Source: Oculina patagonica
Lineage: Eukaryota
DNA: 64,000 nucleotides
Direction: 5' to 3'
Assembly (NCBI RefSeq): GCF_052425735.1
Contig: NC_135766.1
Coordinates: forward strand, 27,342,001-27,406,000
Under the pieces are notes generated by a model. The model ran no database searches, was not told where the DNA came from, and was given only the letters and a program-made list of their open reading frames with translations. Each line of letters opens with the position of its first letter. The stretch's first letter is position 1. The translations under genes and the position numbers were made by a program. Below, in pieces: positions 1-12,940 of the stretch.

Positions 1-204
1 CAATGAACGATGCAATTACAGACTTGTGTACATTAACCGCCAGTGTGCATGCTGGGTAATTATTAACATGGGGGGGGGGGGAAGGTAAGACTTAAAATAC
101 ACTACAGAGTAGTTGTCAACTTAAGAAAATATATGTAAACTGGTGATGAAATGGATGATGCAATATTCTTGGTGTAGAATACTAACAATCCAAATTGTTT
201 TCAG

Positions 205-2262
205 GATTAGCAAATGGCATATCATATCGCATGCAGCATGTTATGTACCTCACAAGACTGCTTCTAGATCAGCTCTTGAATCACAGAAATGACAAAGCTC
301 TTGAATGTCTTGTTGGATTATGTGGAGCATGTCGGAGAATACCTGAACTATTTTGGAGGGTAAGCTTATAAATATATTAATAATAATAATAATATTCTTT
401 ATTCTTCTCAAGATAAAAATACAAAAAACATGAAAATATATAGGAAGATAGGAAAACTAAAATTATTAATTTTTAAAAATTAGCCTATTTACAAATGCAT
501 TTTCAAATCAATCTGAGTTTATTTCTGGGTGATGGGCGGTTCTATTTCTAAGATTATACTTTGTCTTTTTCTTCTTTGGAATTATTTTACTTAGCTGACA
601 ATTGGTATCAACTGAGCATACATTGAAGAGATTCCTATCTGCCTTTTCTAAAAGGTTGCAAATGTTCATTCTCTTTGATATGTATTCCCTTTTTAAGTAT
701 CTTTCTAGGAAATTTTGTATGACCGTGAGATCTGAGTCTGCGGCGCCACAATTAAAGATAGAATAATAAATACAATACCCTTATTGGAATCTATTATTAT
801 TCAAAGAGGCACTGCACATCAAAACAAATAGAGCGTAACGTATCACTGGCCTGAAAGCAAGCCGTGAACTGTTCTTATTAAAATAATCTCATCTCCAGCT
901 TATATATGGTGGATTTATTTGCAACATAGGCGCATAGCCATTGCATTTGCCCATTGGAATTTTTTGTTTTTGAGCTAAAAAACAAAAAAAAATTCCAGCA
1001 GGCAAATGCGATGGTTTTGAAAAGAACCAAAATATTGTGTTTTCTCCTTAGTTTATTTTATTGGCTTGAATATCTTGTCATGAAATTATTCAGATTTTCT
1101 TTCATATTATTTGATTCTCCAAACATTACATGACAGTAGCAGATCCAGATCTTTAGCTAAGTGGGGGGCTGGATCATTCAGACCCTGTAGTAAGAAGGGG
1201 GACCCACTCTAGAAAATATTTTTTCTCAGCCCTACAAGCCTCTCTTTAGCCTAAAAATAAAGTGAGGGCCTGCCTCCCCTGGGGCTCTCCCCTAGATCTG
1301 CCACAGCATGATATTCTTCAACTGACAAGAAACTAATTAAATAAATTTCTTTTATTTATAGACAGGATGTGAAGTGATGCGAAATCGACCAGGAAGCTTT
1401 GCTCACGTCAACCAGTTGATCAAGAATATGTTTGTGATCTGTGTTCCATTTAAAACGGAAATGCTGTTAGACCTTGCTATGTACTTGGTCAAACACAATT
1501 TGGACATCACAGAGGCACAAGAGTTGCTGACGTCAAAACTTTCTCAAGAATCATTTTTATCAAGTCCTCTTCTGAGAGCTTACTCAGGACTCTTTGCTCA
1601 TCTTTCGTGGAAAAAATGCAAACTTCATTTTGACAAAAAAGATTTAGATGGTGAAGAGTTTAATGTGACGGATGCAAACCTGAAGCGTCAAATGGATTTT
1701 CACGGAAAGAAGGCCTTAGTTTTATTTGGAAATTTAGTGGAACATTGTGGAGTGTGGGATATTTTTGTTACAAGACAAGTAGAGATCTTGAAGTATTATG
1801 ACAGATCAGATGAAGCAAAGAGGATATTAATGAGATACAAGCAAAAGAACCCGGAGAACCCTAATACCTATAGGTACAATAATATTAAGTGTGGGAGTGT
1901 GGGATATTTTTGTTACAAGACAAGTAGAGATCTTGAAGTATTATGACAGATCAGATGAAGCAAAGAGGATATTAATGAGATACAAGCAAAAGAACCCGGA
2001 GAACCCTAATACCTATAGGTACAATAATATTAATTTTCTTATTAAGGATAAGATAAAGGCCACTAGGCCCATCTGACTGGAGCTTATCCTGGCTTCTGTA
2101 GAGGGTAGCAAAGGGTTTATACGTGACACGTGAAAAGGGCAAAAATTTGTCCGTGACGCGTGAAAATAGGGTAAAAATTATACCGTGACGCGTGAAAATA
2201 GCTAGAAAAAATACGGGATTCGTGAATTCTGCTGTTTCAAGTAAACGTGACGCGTGAATTTG

Positions 2263-2293
<31 letters not shown>

Positions 2294-3347
2294 CACCCCC
2301 TTTGCTACCCTGTCTGTAGCATGAATCAACTAGGAGCATTTTTACTCCCCCCCCCCCCCCCCTGGATGGTATGCTAGTCCATCACAGGGCTAACCCCAGC
2401 ATTAAATTTGCCACTACCCATTTATTCACCTGCATAGAGAGAGGCACTGTGAAAGCCAAGTGTCTCGCCCTTGGAAGAACTCAACACTCAGGTGGCCAGG
2501 ATTCGAGCCTGGGCCACTTGAATCCAGCATGCTATCCACTAGGCCACCATATCTCCCACTTAATTTTATTTTTACTATTAAAATAGTGAAAATAAGTAAA
2601 ATTTATCTAGTTGCATGAATATGTAGTAAAGACGTTTGTTTCCTGTGTAAAATTAAGTCAGTGTTTACATTTACAGTTAGTAATTTGGTTTATATTTTTG
2701 GCAAATATTTGTATGCTTAGACCTTTTCAACTCATTTCTTCAAGATCAGATGGAAGTTGTTAAAGATTGGAAAGGGTGCAAGGAGACATTACGCACATCT
2801 CACTTGCCTATGTTATTACCAAGAGAAACCTCCTAGGCACAAAAAACCCTGGATATCTGACATGTGTTTTTTTTTTTCAGGTACTTGTACTATTTTCTCA
2901 AGAGTGAAAATGCAAACAAAAAGGAACTTTGTGATATACTGGAAGGACTGCTCAGTGTTGATCCAACGAGTGAGCTGAGTGAAGAATATGTCAAGCTTGC
3001 TTCGCTTAAGACTGGTTAGTTGAACATTATGAATAGCTTATGTGCACAGGTCTCACCTATCCTGAAATCTTGTAGTCTTATAATGATAATGATAATGATA
3101 ATGAATTTATATAGCGCATTTTCCATATGTATATGTTCAAATGCGCTGTACACATACTTAAATTTACTACACAAGGCCAGACCACAACACCGGGAGCTTC
3201 GTGCTCTACTCTTTGCGAATAGTGTGTGGGTTCTTTAACATCCCCTGTGATAAGGAGATACAGGAGACGGGCCCTATGGTTTATCGTCCTTTTCCGAGAA
3301 GACTAGAATGTCTAACCATTTGCAGATGTAATTACAAAGGCAGCACA

Positions 3348-3388
<41 letters not shown>

Positions 3389-5308
3389 TGGGGTTCGAAC
3401 CCATGACCCCCCGCACAGCAGTCCGGCGCTCTACCAACTGAGCTAACCAGGCGGCTGTATGTCTTAAAATCAATCTAAAAATATTTTTTTCCTTTTTACC
3501 CAAGTGACATTTTCAACCTCCTCAATTTTTTTTCCTGACTTGTCATGCAATCTTCTTTCTCTAGGAAAGATAGCATGTTGTGCGGCAAGCTAAATCATCT
3601 GTTTTGGGACAGACCATCATTTTTTGAGAGAAGGGGGGTGGGAAACTACCAAAAAAAATTAGTGCACAAAAAAAGATGGAGAAAAAAATCGTGCACAAGT
3701 AAAAACAGGAAAAACAATTAAATCAAGCCACACCTGCTAAAGATGGATGGTGCAGCCGAGGATTATGCTAGTAAAGAACATTCTTGCAAATACCGGTACC
3801 AATGTTAAAAAAATTCTTTCTCAGAAAAATTGCCCAACCCCACTCCACTCAAAAAAAAATAATGGTCCCTCCCTTAGGAGGCTACTGTTGTAACTGTAGT
3901 TCTTGATTTTTCTTTTTCTTTTTTTGTGCAGATGAATCTAAAGGACTCCTTGACACTTTAGGAGCTCTCTTCATCAAGCTTGACCATGCAGCCTGCCGAC
4001 AGAATCTTACAGCCTGGGAGACCCTTGCAGTCACTCTGAAGGAGTTCTGCACCACACATGGCAAGAAAAATTTGAGTGTGCTCTGGGACGAGCGAGCTGA
4101 TTGGTGGCCGCAGTTTCACTTCCGTCTCGATCTTATGCCCAACAAGAACAATGTGTCTGCACAAGAGTGGCAACTGACTCGTCATAAGGCTGAGGCTGCG
4201 AGATGGCTCCTAGGCAAAGGTGCAGTTTTGATTCGATTTTTTTGCGCCCACGCGAGCGTGAGTCTGCGTGCTTGTATGTGGAAGTCTTGGAAGTATTTTG
4301 AAAAAAAAAAATGTCTCGGGGTAAAAATTTGCCTGGGAGTTGGACCATCTTCCAGTGGAGGGGGACAGGGGGCCAGGAGACAGGGAGAAAAGAGACGGGA
4401 AGCGGGAGAAGAGAGGGCGGGAAGCGGCATTCATAAGGTGGTGGGAACCGGGAGAAAACAAGTAAAATTTCGCAATGTTTCGCTATATTTCGCAATAGAT
4501 ATGGGACAAAGAGAAAGGCACCACTACGGAAAGGGGCAAGAGGTGGGAGTAAAAGGTACGGGAGGCGGGAGGTTCATACCCCTCTCAGCCCTCTGTCCCC
4601 ACCCACCTTCCAAGTACAGTATATACCTCAAACCGCTTATGTAATCATTAAATTTGCTTCCCAAACTTATTAATAATTCATCGAGTTAAAACAAAGAAAA
4701 TCATAACGGTGACGGTGGTTTGGATACCCGATCTTAATTAGCATAGATTTTTACAATTTTATTTCAACGTTTACTCCTTGGTTTTTGTTTCAATGGAGAA
4801 GATATGTCAAACACTCGGGACAGTGTTTCATCTGCTATCCAAACACCTCAAATTTCGTCAAAAATACTCTGCTGCACTTCGTATTTTCAACTCTCTTGTC
4901 GGTGTTTGGATATCCTGATGAAACAGTCTCTTGTGATTGATATATTACAAGAATGACTGCGATTACATTTATCAATACATTTTGAAACAGACGTGATGAA
5001 AATTAAGAAAGGTACCACCAAATTTTCAGATCCAAATGGAGAATTGATGTATCGAAATTGTGAATTAATTGTTATAGCAGGATTTGTTTTCTTCGTGTTC
5101 ACTCTTCTAGGTTGTAAAATAAATTTAATGTTTTTATTTGTTTTCAGGAAACCATTTTACCAAAGCCGTTAGGAAGCAAGAATCAAATGACAGTGAAGTC
5201 GAATCGTCTTCATGCCAAAGTGACACAGCGTCACCAAGAAAAAGAAAAGCTACCACATTCTCAAGCAAGTCACTGTCAACTCGAAACAGAAAAAAAATAA
5301 AGCTGTGA
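205..5308 (+). CDS. TAF1A: TBP-associated factor RNA polymerase I subunit A (SL1 complex), 5'-partial; exons 205-359, 1362-1873, 2881-3014, 3932-4219, 5148-5308
   Basis: GT-AG exons join in phase to TGA at 5306-5308. Motifs GVWDIFV..QVEILKYY, PENPNTYRYLYYFLK, LDHAACRQNLTAW and W..R..WWPQFHF..KA..A..LLGKG match TAF1A as I recognise it. The start codon is probably upstream of the window. Confidence 0.85.
1749..2033 (+). repeat. Tandem duplication of a TAF1A exon end plus its splice donor (1749-1888 and 1894-2033)
   Basis: Two identical 140-bp copies with a 145-bp period, separated by GTGTG. Confidence 0.95.
2060..2560 (-). mobile_element. tRNA-derived CORE-like SINE, reverse orientation, interrupted by a MITE
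   Basis: Reverse-complement similarity to the SINE at 54162-54463; split at TGTA by the element at 2101-2314. Confidence 0.75.
2101..2314. mobile_element. Non-autonomous DNA transposon (MITE), possibly Sola2-like
   Basis: TIRs AGGGTAGCAAAGGG / CCCTTTGCTACCCT, TGTA on both sides, internal array of CGTGACGCGTGAAA-like motifs. Confidence 0.7.
3080..3456 (-). mobile_element. tRNA-derived SINE with an L2-like simple-repeat tail
   Basis: Minus-strand head with A box (TAGCTCAGTTGG) and B box (GGTTCGAACCC); L2-type tail ending in (ATT/ATC)n near 3080-3130. Confidence 0.75.
4357..4606. mobile_element. MITE-like repeat; a second copy in opposite orientation lies at about 18356-18622
   Basis: GGGGGACAGGGG / CCCTCTGTCCCC termini; the internal sequence is the reverse complement of the 18.4-kb copy. 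Confidence 0.7.
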
Positions 5309-5336
5309 CAAAAATGCGTGAAACTGTGTCTTAAAT

Positions 5337-5764
5337 CACAGGCAGACCACCCTATGTGTTCATGGTTAATAATTGTTGACAAAGGTTATATGTTGAAATC
5401 AATGGCGTGTATAGAAGACATATAGTGAAACATTGTCTGGGCTTCGATTTACAGTACGAAATATAAAATCTACTCTAAATGATTCAATAAAAGTTAGATG
5501 AAACGTTGAATGAGTCTTGTGTCGCTAAATGATCTCGCAAAAATAACGCCTTAAAGGGCTCGGGCGGCAAAAAAAACATGACACGAGACTCATTCAACGT
5601 TTCATCTAACTTTTATTGAATCATTTAGAGTAGATTTTATATTTCGTAGTAAATCGAAGCCCAGACAATGTTTCACTATATGTCTTCTATACACGCCATT
5701 GATTTCAACATATAACCTTTGTCAACAATTATTAACCATGAACACATAGGGTGGTCTGCCTGTG
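5337..5764. mobile_element. Fold-back transposon with about 187-bp TIRs and 7-bp TSD (P-superfamily-like CA...TG termini) in the TAF1A 3' UTR
   Basis: Arms 5337-5523 and 5580-5764 are near-perfect reverse complements. CTTAAAT flanks both sides (5330-5336, 5765-5771). Confidence 0.85.
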
Positions 5765-6680
5765 CTTAAATTCTATGTAAATGACATACTGTCTGAGAAA
5801 ACATGACATGTAGCCTGTAACCTGCTTGCGTCCGCAATATCAAAACCACCCGATTAAGGTAAACAGAAAGAAGTCAAATAACAATTAACACGATTCTAAC
5901 AGAGTGGCTGCTAGTAATACAGATATTTAAAGAAAGAAATGAAAAACTCAGACAAATGAAACGTCAGGGAGGGAGAGAGGGAGATAAAGAGAACTGACTA
6001 TGCTAAAATACAAATAAAATGCTAAAGTAAACTGTACGAGTTGCTTTGATCCAAGTATAATGCAAGAATGCCTGTGACCCCAAACTGGTGTTTGTTATTT
6101 AGGGACGGGCCATTATTTTCTTGGAGGGTGGTATGGAAAAAAAATTTCCTCTGCAAACTTTTTTTTTTTTTAGTTTATGTACCTCAGCAAACATTTTTTT
6201 AGAAATGCAAACTATGTTTTGTTATACTTATCTTGTTTGTAACCAATTTTATTTTGCCTTTATAGGTCCTGCACACAATTTTTTTCACCAAAAAATATTG
6301 GTCCGTCCCTTAGAAGCACAGATCACCCTACTATCGGCTGTTGGTTCCCATTTATTTTCGCACATTTTAAACGACCGGATTTAGGTACGCAGAAAGATAT
6401 AAATTTGGCGTATTTTTCCCATTCAGCGACCCCATCTCAGACTAAAAACTCTCAAAAGATGAGAACGGTCTTCAGTGTTGGACCGGAAGTGAACTACCGT
6501 GTGGCCCGTTCCCGTCTTTCCACGTGTCCTTTAGTGTGCAATACCGCTGACGCAGCGAATAGTGGCTTCACAAACAGTTGCCGGTATCGGTGACATGGCA
6601 AATTTGAGCTTCAGTGTTCTCACGCTTGCAAGCTTAGCCGGTCACAGATTGTTTTCTTTGTATCTTTACGTTACAGAAAC

Positions 6681-9600
6681 ATGTCCCTAGACTCTGAAGT
6701 ACGTAAAAGAACTGACATGACTGAAGAAATTGGCTCAGATCAAAATGGTGTAATAATCTCCTCTGAAAACACAATGAAGACCGCGTCATTCAAGCACAAT
6801 CGCAAATGGCTTCTTTTGAACACCCATGTCAACGCCGTGATGTATTCGTCGTGTTTTTGGGTTCAGATTGGTGTCCTGCCGGTAAGTGTGGATTTAGTAA
6901 ATAATTTAGTGAGTTATTAATGGAAATGCACTGTGTTTGAGAAGTTGCAGTATCAGATAACTTTGCAGGGAGATATTTATATTTTGCCAAATCAGTGATC
7001 AAATTATAACGCTGTAAAACGACATGAACAAGTAGCTACAAGTATTACATATTTTTGTTTTAAAATAAATTTGCACAGTACACATTTTTAAGATAGCTTA
7101 TATACCATATTTAAATCATAAAAACAAGCAATATCTCTTCAAGTCATATTTATGTTTACCCTCCAAATAAATTTAAGGAAATTTGACACCATTAATTATC
7201 TCCTCATTTAGAAAGAAAGATTGACTGACCGCAGCTGTCCAGACAGTTATTGACCTATATTGTTATCAACCTTAAACTATGCATCTTCCAGAAAAGGCTA
7301 AATTAAAGAACATCCTGACTTTGATGTACATCCCACTGAAGAACAGTATGGCCTAATTTGCAGACTTTGTCTTTATCTCTAAAATTCATTAGTTTGTTCT
7401 AGGTGACAATTGGTATGACAAAAAAAATAACGAGATCGTGTTATACACTTGCACTTATAGGAAAAATTTCAAACTTGGAAAGTATCTTCGCTTTACTCAA
7501 TTTCTTTTTTTTCTCATGCATCCCTGGTGTGCAGCTGCTATGTAAGGGTCCACCTTCCCCAGGGGGGACTCGCATATGAAAGTGACGGGGATGCTCGTTG
7601 TCTCGCTTAGGGTAGTAAATTTCGGATTTTTGGTCTCACTTAAGCTGTTCCAGGCAAAAAATCGCCAATATTTTTAGCCAGATATCGGTCATTGTTATAC
7701 GCCGATCACCCAATCACCGAAAATGAAATATACAGATACTTGGAATTATATCGCTCACTTCATCGGCGATAAATCGCAAGTGTGTCGCAGTGTGGGAAGG
7801 GGGTGGGGGGGGGGGAGTGGGAGCGTTATAAGGGTTAAAGAGCTTGGAGCCAGGGAGGGAGGAAGTTGATTCTCTTTGTGACAGGAAACAAGAGTACATT
7901 TTAAAATTTCCGACAAGCATCCCATGTTAGAATATCTAAGCACCCTGGTGACTGGTTGGGAAACGGGAGTAAAAGGTATGGGAGGGGGGAGTCCCTAGGG
8001 GGCAGAATCATGAAGGGTTATCAGAGATTTTTGAGAAGTGGAGGGATAGCACAAGAGGCAGGATTCCAACTAAGAAAGGACCTGGTAACTTGGGGTGGGG
8101 TGAGGTTGAAACTAAGAGAAGTACAAGAAGTTCAGATGCCCCTGTGTCCCACCTACTTGATTTCAAACACCTCTGAATTCTCCTGCCCTGTCCCCTGCCC
8201 CCTTGCTTTGACATGCAGAGAGTTCAAAACAAAACATCTTCTGTGGGAGGGGTATCAAACATTTTTGGAACCACGCAAAACCCATTAATTGTTTCAATTT
8301 TTGATTGGCTGTGACAGTTCCTTATAGAGATTTGAATCACTCCCAGTGTCAAAATGAAAACAAATCACAGTTATCAACTTCTCGAAATGCAGAAAAACTG
8401 TAAAAGTATTCATGAAAAATAAATCTGCAACAAATAAATTACATATTAACAAGGCTGTGCTCTTAGAAAAATTACAAGGAGCCCAAAGGTTTTAAAGTAT
8501 GAGATCCAGGGTGCCCAGCATAAAACTTTTTTGAAAGAAATAAGATTATCTGGTCGCCCAAAGACAAAAGTTAGTCGCCTGAGGCATCCGGGTGCCCTTA
8601 GAACACAGCCCTGATTTAGTTAAATAAGGTACTTGTAGGTTAACATTTAGTTAACAAACTTAGTTTGTCTTTTTTCAGTATTTATCAAAGAAGCTTGGAG
8701 CAGACCCAGTAGTGTTTGGATACCTTCAAACAACATTTGCTGTGGTACAGTTGTGTGGTGGACCATTATTTGGAAGATTTGGAGATATTTTTGGCAGCAG
8801 AGCAGCCTTGGTTCTGTCATTTGCTGCAGCAGCTTTAAGCTATTCCATTCTTGGATTAGCATCTACTGTAAGCATGTTGTTCCTTTCAAGACTTCCATCT
8901 GTTTTCATGCACGCGATGCAAGGTTAGTAGGTTGGTGGGAACACAGGGTACCCAGACTGACAACATGTTCAGATTTCTTTGGAATGTTGTAGCCAATGTG
9001 CTAAAGTGATACTAACTTAACAGCCATCCGTCCAGATGTCTGTAACTCTGGTGCCCTGTGGCCAAAAAACTCCACAAAAGCTCTTGCAAGCTTGTATTTA
9101 CAAGCTAGATTCATTCTTGAGATCTGAAGGTTTCCTGTCTCAAAGGCTTTTATATAGTAACACTCTGTCATTTCTATTATGATCAAATTTATATTCAGTT
9201 GAGGTTGTCACGTCATTATTAATTATTTTCCTTCCTTTATTGTCAAGATGAGTGATAAACAGCTAAACCTGTTCAAAAGATAGAAATGTTTAATATTGAA
9301 TAACTGATAAGCTTAAAACTTTCTGTGTGTATATTTTTACTTTCAGGATCGCAAATGGTTGTAACAGATATCTCAGACAAGGATGGTGAGAATATCAATG
9401 TTTTTACTACTTTAAAAAAAAACTAAAGTAAACAATTGGCTGAAATTTTAGATAACTGTTAACAACTGTTCATTATATCGACCTAATTATAACTTTAGAC
9501 AAAGTTGGGGTCAGATTTCCTGTATTATGCCTTCAGGCCTCATTACCAGTAAGACAATACCTCTCTGAAACCTCTATTTTCATTCGCCCACTGTAAACAC

Positions 9601-12407
9601 TACCTCTATTGTTATTCAGGGCTAGGGAAATTGTTGTCACCTGTTATCTATTGTTTTAAGAACCAATGAATTAACTAGTTCCGAGAGGTAGTGGCATTAA
9701 TGCCCACCTGGGCAACAGCGTGGCAAGGGGGGTCATATAATAAAATAATATTAACTCTCATTAGCTCAGGACCCAAGTAGGAGAACATCACCTTTAGTCT
9801 TTCTTGTACAAACCTCATTTTGCTCCCAGGTCTGTACCAGAAAGACATTCAGGCACTATTCTCCTAGTACTTCTCTTACGCTTGATAAAAAGTAATTATT
9901 AACTTTGTCACTATGCTGCAGGTCGTGCCGATGCCCTTGGAAAACTGGGCGTGTCATATGCGATTGGGATGGTTATCGGCCCCTTCATCGGAGGTCTCAT
10001 CACAAAGAAGTATGGAGAACAGTCTGCGGCATTCTTTGCAGCAACTTTTTCATTCCTTAGCATCGTCATAGCTTTGCTTTTCATCCCAAGTAACACTAAG
10101 TCATTATCAAAGGAAGAGAAATCTGCCGACAATCTACAAACTGGTGAGTAGCTGTCTTCCCCTGTTAGTAGCCCATCTGTTAGATATTTAAAGTCTGAAC
10201 TTTAAATATATCGATGATGATGATGATGATGATTATAATTTATTAATTTATTTTGCATGGCTTAATGAGGTTTTATTATTTTTGATTTACTTCAGATTAA
10301 AATAACTTGTCTTTAGAGCAGTTTTCAATCAAGTGTCGTAAAACCAAAACCAAAGCAATTACTCTGGCCAATCACAAAGGACACAGACAATCCAGTGAAC
10401 CAATCAAAACTCAAAGTAATTACTCTGGCCAATCACAAAGGACACAGACAATCCAGTGAACCAATCAAAACTCTAAGCAATTACTCTGGCCAATCACAAA
10501 GGACACAGACAATCCAGTGAACCAATCAAAACTCAAAGCAAATACATGCAGCTAGCAGGAAGCGCGGGAAAACCTGCGCGAGTGAGTCAGGATTAGTTTT
10601 GGTTTTAGTTCCGATTGGCTGAGATATTGGTGCAAATTTTTAAACCAGTCACTAAGCGTAGTAATGCAAAATCAAAGCAAACCCAAATTAACTATCAGGC
10701 CACCGTGCCTCCCACCCTCTTGATTAAAAATATTGTTTGAGATTTTAGCCAGGAGAATCCAACTGACTAACCCTTTGGCCGATGCACTGCCATTTAACCT
10801 GTACATTTTTCATGTTTCAGATAACAAAGAGCAACAAGGCAGTGTCTTTAGCATGAAGAAGATTGTAGAACTTATGAAGATACCAACAGTGTTTTACTTA
10901 ATAACTATCAAAGTCATCACAGGGATCCCATTTGGAATTTTCCAGTCGATGTTCTCTTTGGTGTCCATGGAATTTTTCAAGTTGGAGCCACAACACAATG
11001 GCTTTGTTATGTCTTATGTTGGAGGACTTTCAATAGTAAGTTTTTTGTTAGTAGTGATTTATAATTTTGAATAGGATCCAGTACTCAGGGTCCTTATACA
11101 TAGACTTGGGTCTTGACAAAGTGCGAGCCAAGGAGTCATACGAGCCATTTTGGTTGGCCTAAATAGCACTCTGGTTAGCCTACAGTTAGCTTAGGTAGCT
11201 TGCAGTTAACCTTTTATTGGGATTAGGAATTTCTGGCTCCAAAAATTATGGAACTCCAGTTTATTAATAGCCTAAATAGCACTCTGGTTAGCCTACAGTA
11301 AGCTTGGGTAGCTTGTGGTAAGTCTTTAATTGGGATTTGGGATTTCTGTCTCCTATGGCTCACATGCTAGCACTGTGTCCTGACTCCATAGACTTTGTAG
11401 GAACCTAAAAGATTTGAAAACTAAAAAATGAATTTTAATTAATAATGTATTTTTAATTGATTTGAATCATTTTCTACAGGTTGTTCAAGGTCTCATTGTG
11501 GGTGTCCTGTCCAGAAGATTTAGTGAAGCTGTTTTATTAAGAAGTGCTATTTGTGTGATTGCATTGGCATATGCTCTTTTGGTAAGGAAACAAACATTCT
11601 TTTACCTTTTATACTAAATAATAAAAGTGATGTCTCTTGTATACAAGCTTCATTTATGAACTTTATTTTTCTTTTCTGTGTGTACATACACTTTTCTTTT
11701 TTTGTTATCTGTCTGTGTGTGTGTGTGTGAATGGAAATCGTGTCCCGTTTTTTTTATACTCTGTAACTTTATTGCAATATTTTTTCCGCTTGGCCCAGCC
11801 ACTTAGTTCGATTAGCCTTTAGCTATTTCTAAGTGGCTGTGCTCTTTTTTATTGTTAATTTTTCCTCTTGCATGTATTTATTTATTGTAAAACTCTTCTG
11901 GGCACGAAATAAAGATTGTTGTTGTTGTTGTTGTTGTTTATACTACGAATTTATAAATTTCTCTGAAAAAGACTGAACATCCATTAACAAGACATGGCAT
12001 ATCTGCCTGGCATATTATGCAATGTGTGACTGTGTGTGTAAATATCCCTAAACTGTGAACCACGTTTTCAAGGTTGTCAGAGATTGATTTTATTTTCTGT
12101 TGTTATTTTTCAGTACATGGTAACCGACATCTTCCAGTTCTGTATCGTGATCATACCAATGGTGGTAGGTGGGACAACATTAAATGTCATCACGACATCC
12201 GCCATGACGAAAAGTGTCGCCATCAACAAAACTGGTGCAGTGTTAGGTCTCTCCATGGCAACAAACTCCCTTATTAGAACTGTCTCCCCTACCATAGGGA
12301 GCATCATGTACACAAACTATGGATGGCCTTCGTTTGGTCTATTGGGACTTGTTGTGAATGCAGCTGTAGCAACGTTTTTATTTCTTCACGGAAAAGACTC
12401 ATTCTAA
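6681..12407 (+). CDS. SLC22A18: SLC22A18-like MFS transporter, copy A (438 aa); exons 6681-6881, 8679-8922, 9347-9385, 9922-10143, 10821-11035, 11480-11581, 12114-12407
   Basis: YLSKKLGAD..VFGYLQTTFAVVQLCGGPLFGRFGD is the SLC22A18 signature with MFS motif A; antiporter motif C GMVIGPFIGG is present. Exon sum is 1317 nt, in frame. Confidence 0.9.
8452..8613. mobile_element. MITE with GCTGTGCTCT-type TIRs; related copy at about 58640-58815
   Basis: AAGGCTGTGCTCT...AGAACACAGCCCTG termini, with the same termini at 58.6 kb. Confidence 0.55.
10313..10690. repeat. Interspersed CCAATC-rich repeat with an internal 61-bp unit repeated three times; relatives at about 49817-50120 and 52490-52750
   Basis: AATTACTCTGGCCAATCACAAAGGACACAGACAATCCAGTGAACCAATCAAAACTC at 10357, 10418 and 10479; shared TAGAGC(A/G)GTTTTCA end. 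Confidence 0.8.
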
Positions 12408-12475
12408 ATAAAAATAATCTAATTTATGTCAAATTAAAACAATACAGTTTAGCACTTAGCAGTGGCTAGTACTTA

Positions 12476-12940
12476 CCATATTTACTCAAATAACCACCGC
12501 CCCCAAATAAGCGCTGCCCTTGAATAAGTGCCGCAATTGGGACAAAAACGTTAATAAGCACCGCCCCTGAATAAGCGCCAGTCTCTATGCGGCACTTATT
12601 CGAGGAATTCCATTTAAACAAACTTGAAAGTTTCTTCTCATCAAAAGTTTTCTATCCAACATAATTTTCTTACAATACAAATGCAAATGAAAAACATCTG
12701 CAAATGTTGTGAAGGCCGTGAACTTTGCCAGGACAGCTAGTGCCACTTTTCTGTTCAGTAAGACATGAATACTGACAACCAAAAGACGCTATTTTCAATT
12801 ACTGTAAAGATTAGATTCTTTGTGGCATCCAAATTTTAAATAAGTGCCACCCTCAAATAACTGCCGCCCTCGAAAAAGCCCTGCACTTGAGGCGCAAAAA
12901 AAATTAATTAGTGCCACGGCGCTTTTTCAAGTAAATACGG
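12476..12940. mobile_element. Tc1/mariner-pogo-type MITE (CCGTATTTACT termini), same family as 16918-17727
   Basis: TIRs and repeated AATAAGCGCC motifs; internal sequence is the reverse complement of the 17.3-17.7 kb segment. Confidence 0.75.

Noticed and set aside
380-800. Minus-strand LINE 3' fragment in TAF1A intron
   Set aside because: The (TAA)n tail is suggestive, but the sequence is too degraded to classify by eye.
1891-2076. Separate 61-aa gene
   Set aside because: It is the duplicated TAF1A exon end and has no acceptor or start context.
3385-3456. tRNA gene
   Set aside because: The A/B-box head continues into a SINE body and tail, with no complete cloverleaf. The same applies to the heads at 15580, 51238, 52751 and 54162.
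4072-4644. 190-aa ORF as a complete protein
   Set aside because: Only 4072-4219 is TAF1A exon; the rest is read-through into intron and a MITE. Most other short ORF-track entries are likewise antisense shadows, intron read-through or TE sequence.
10357-10540. CRISPR-like or regulatory array
   Set aside because: Simple 61-bp tandem triplication with no unique spacers, inside a dispersed repeat in eukaryotic DNA.
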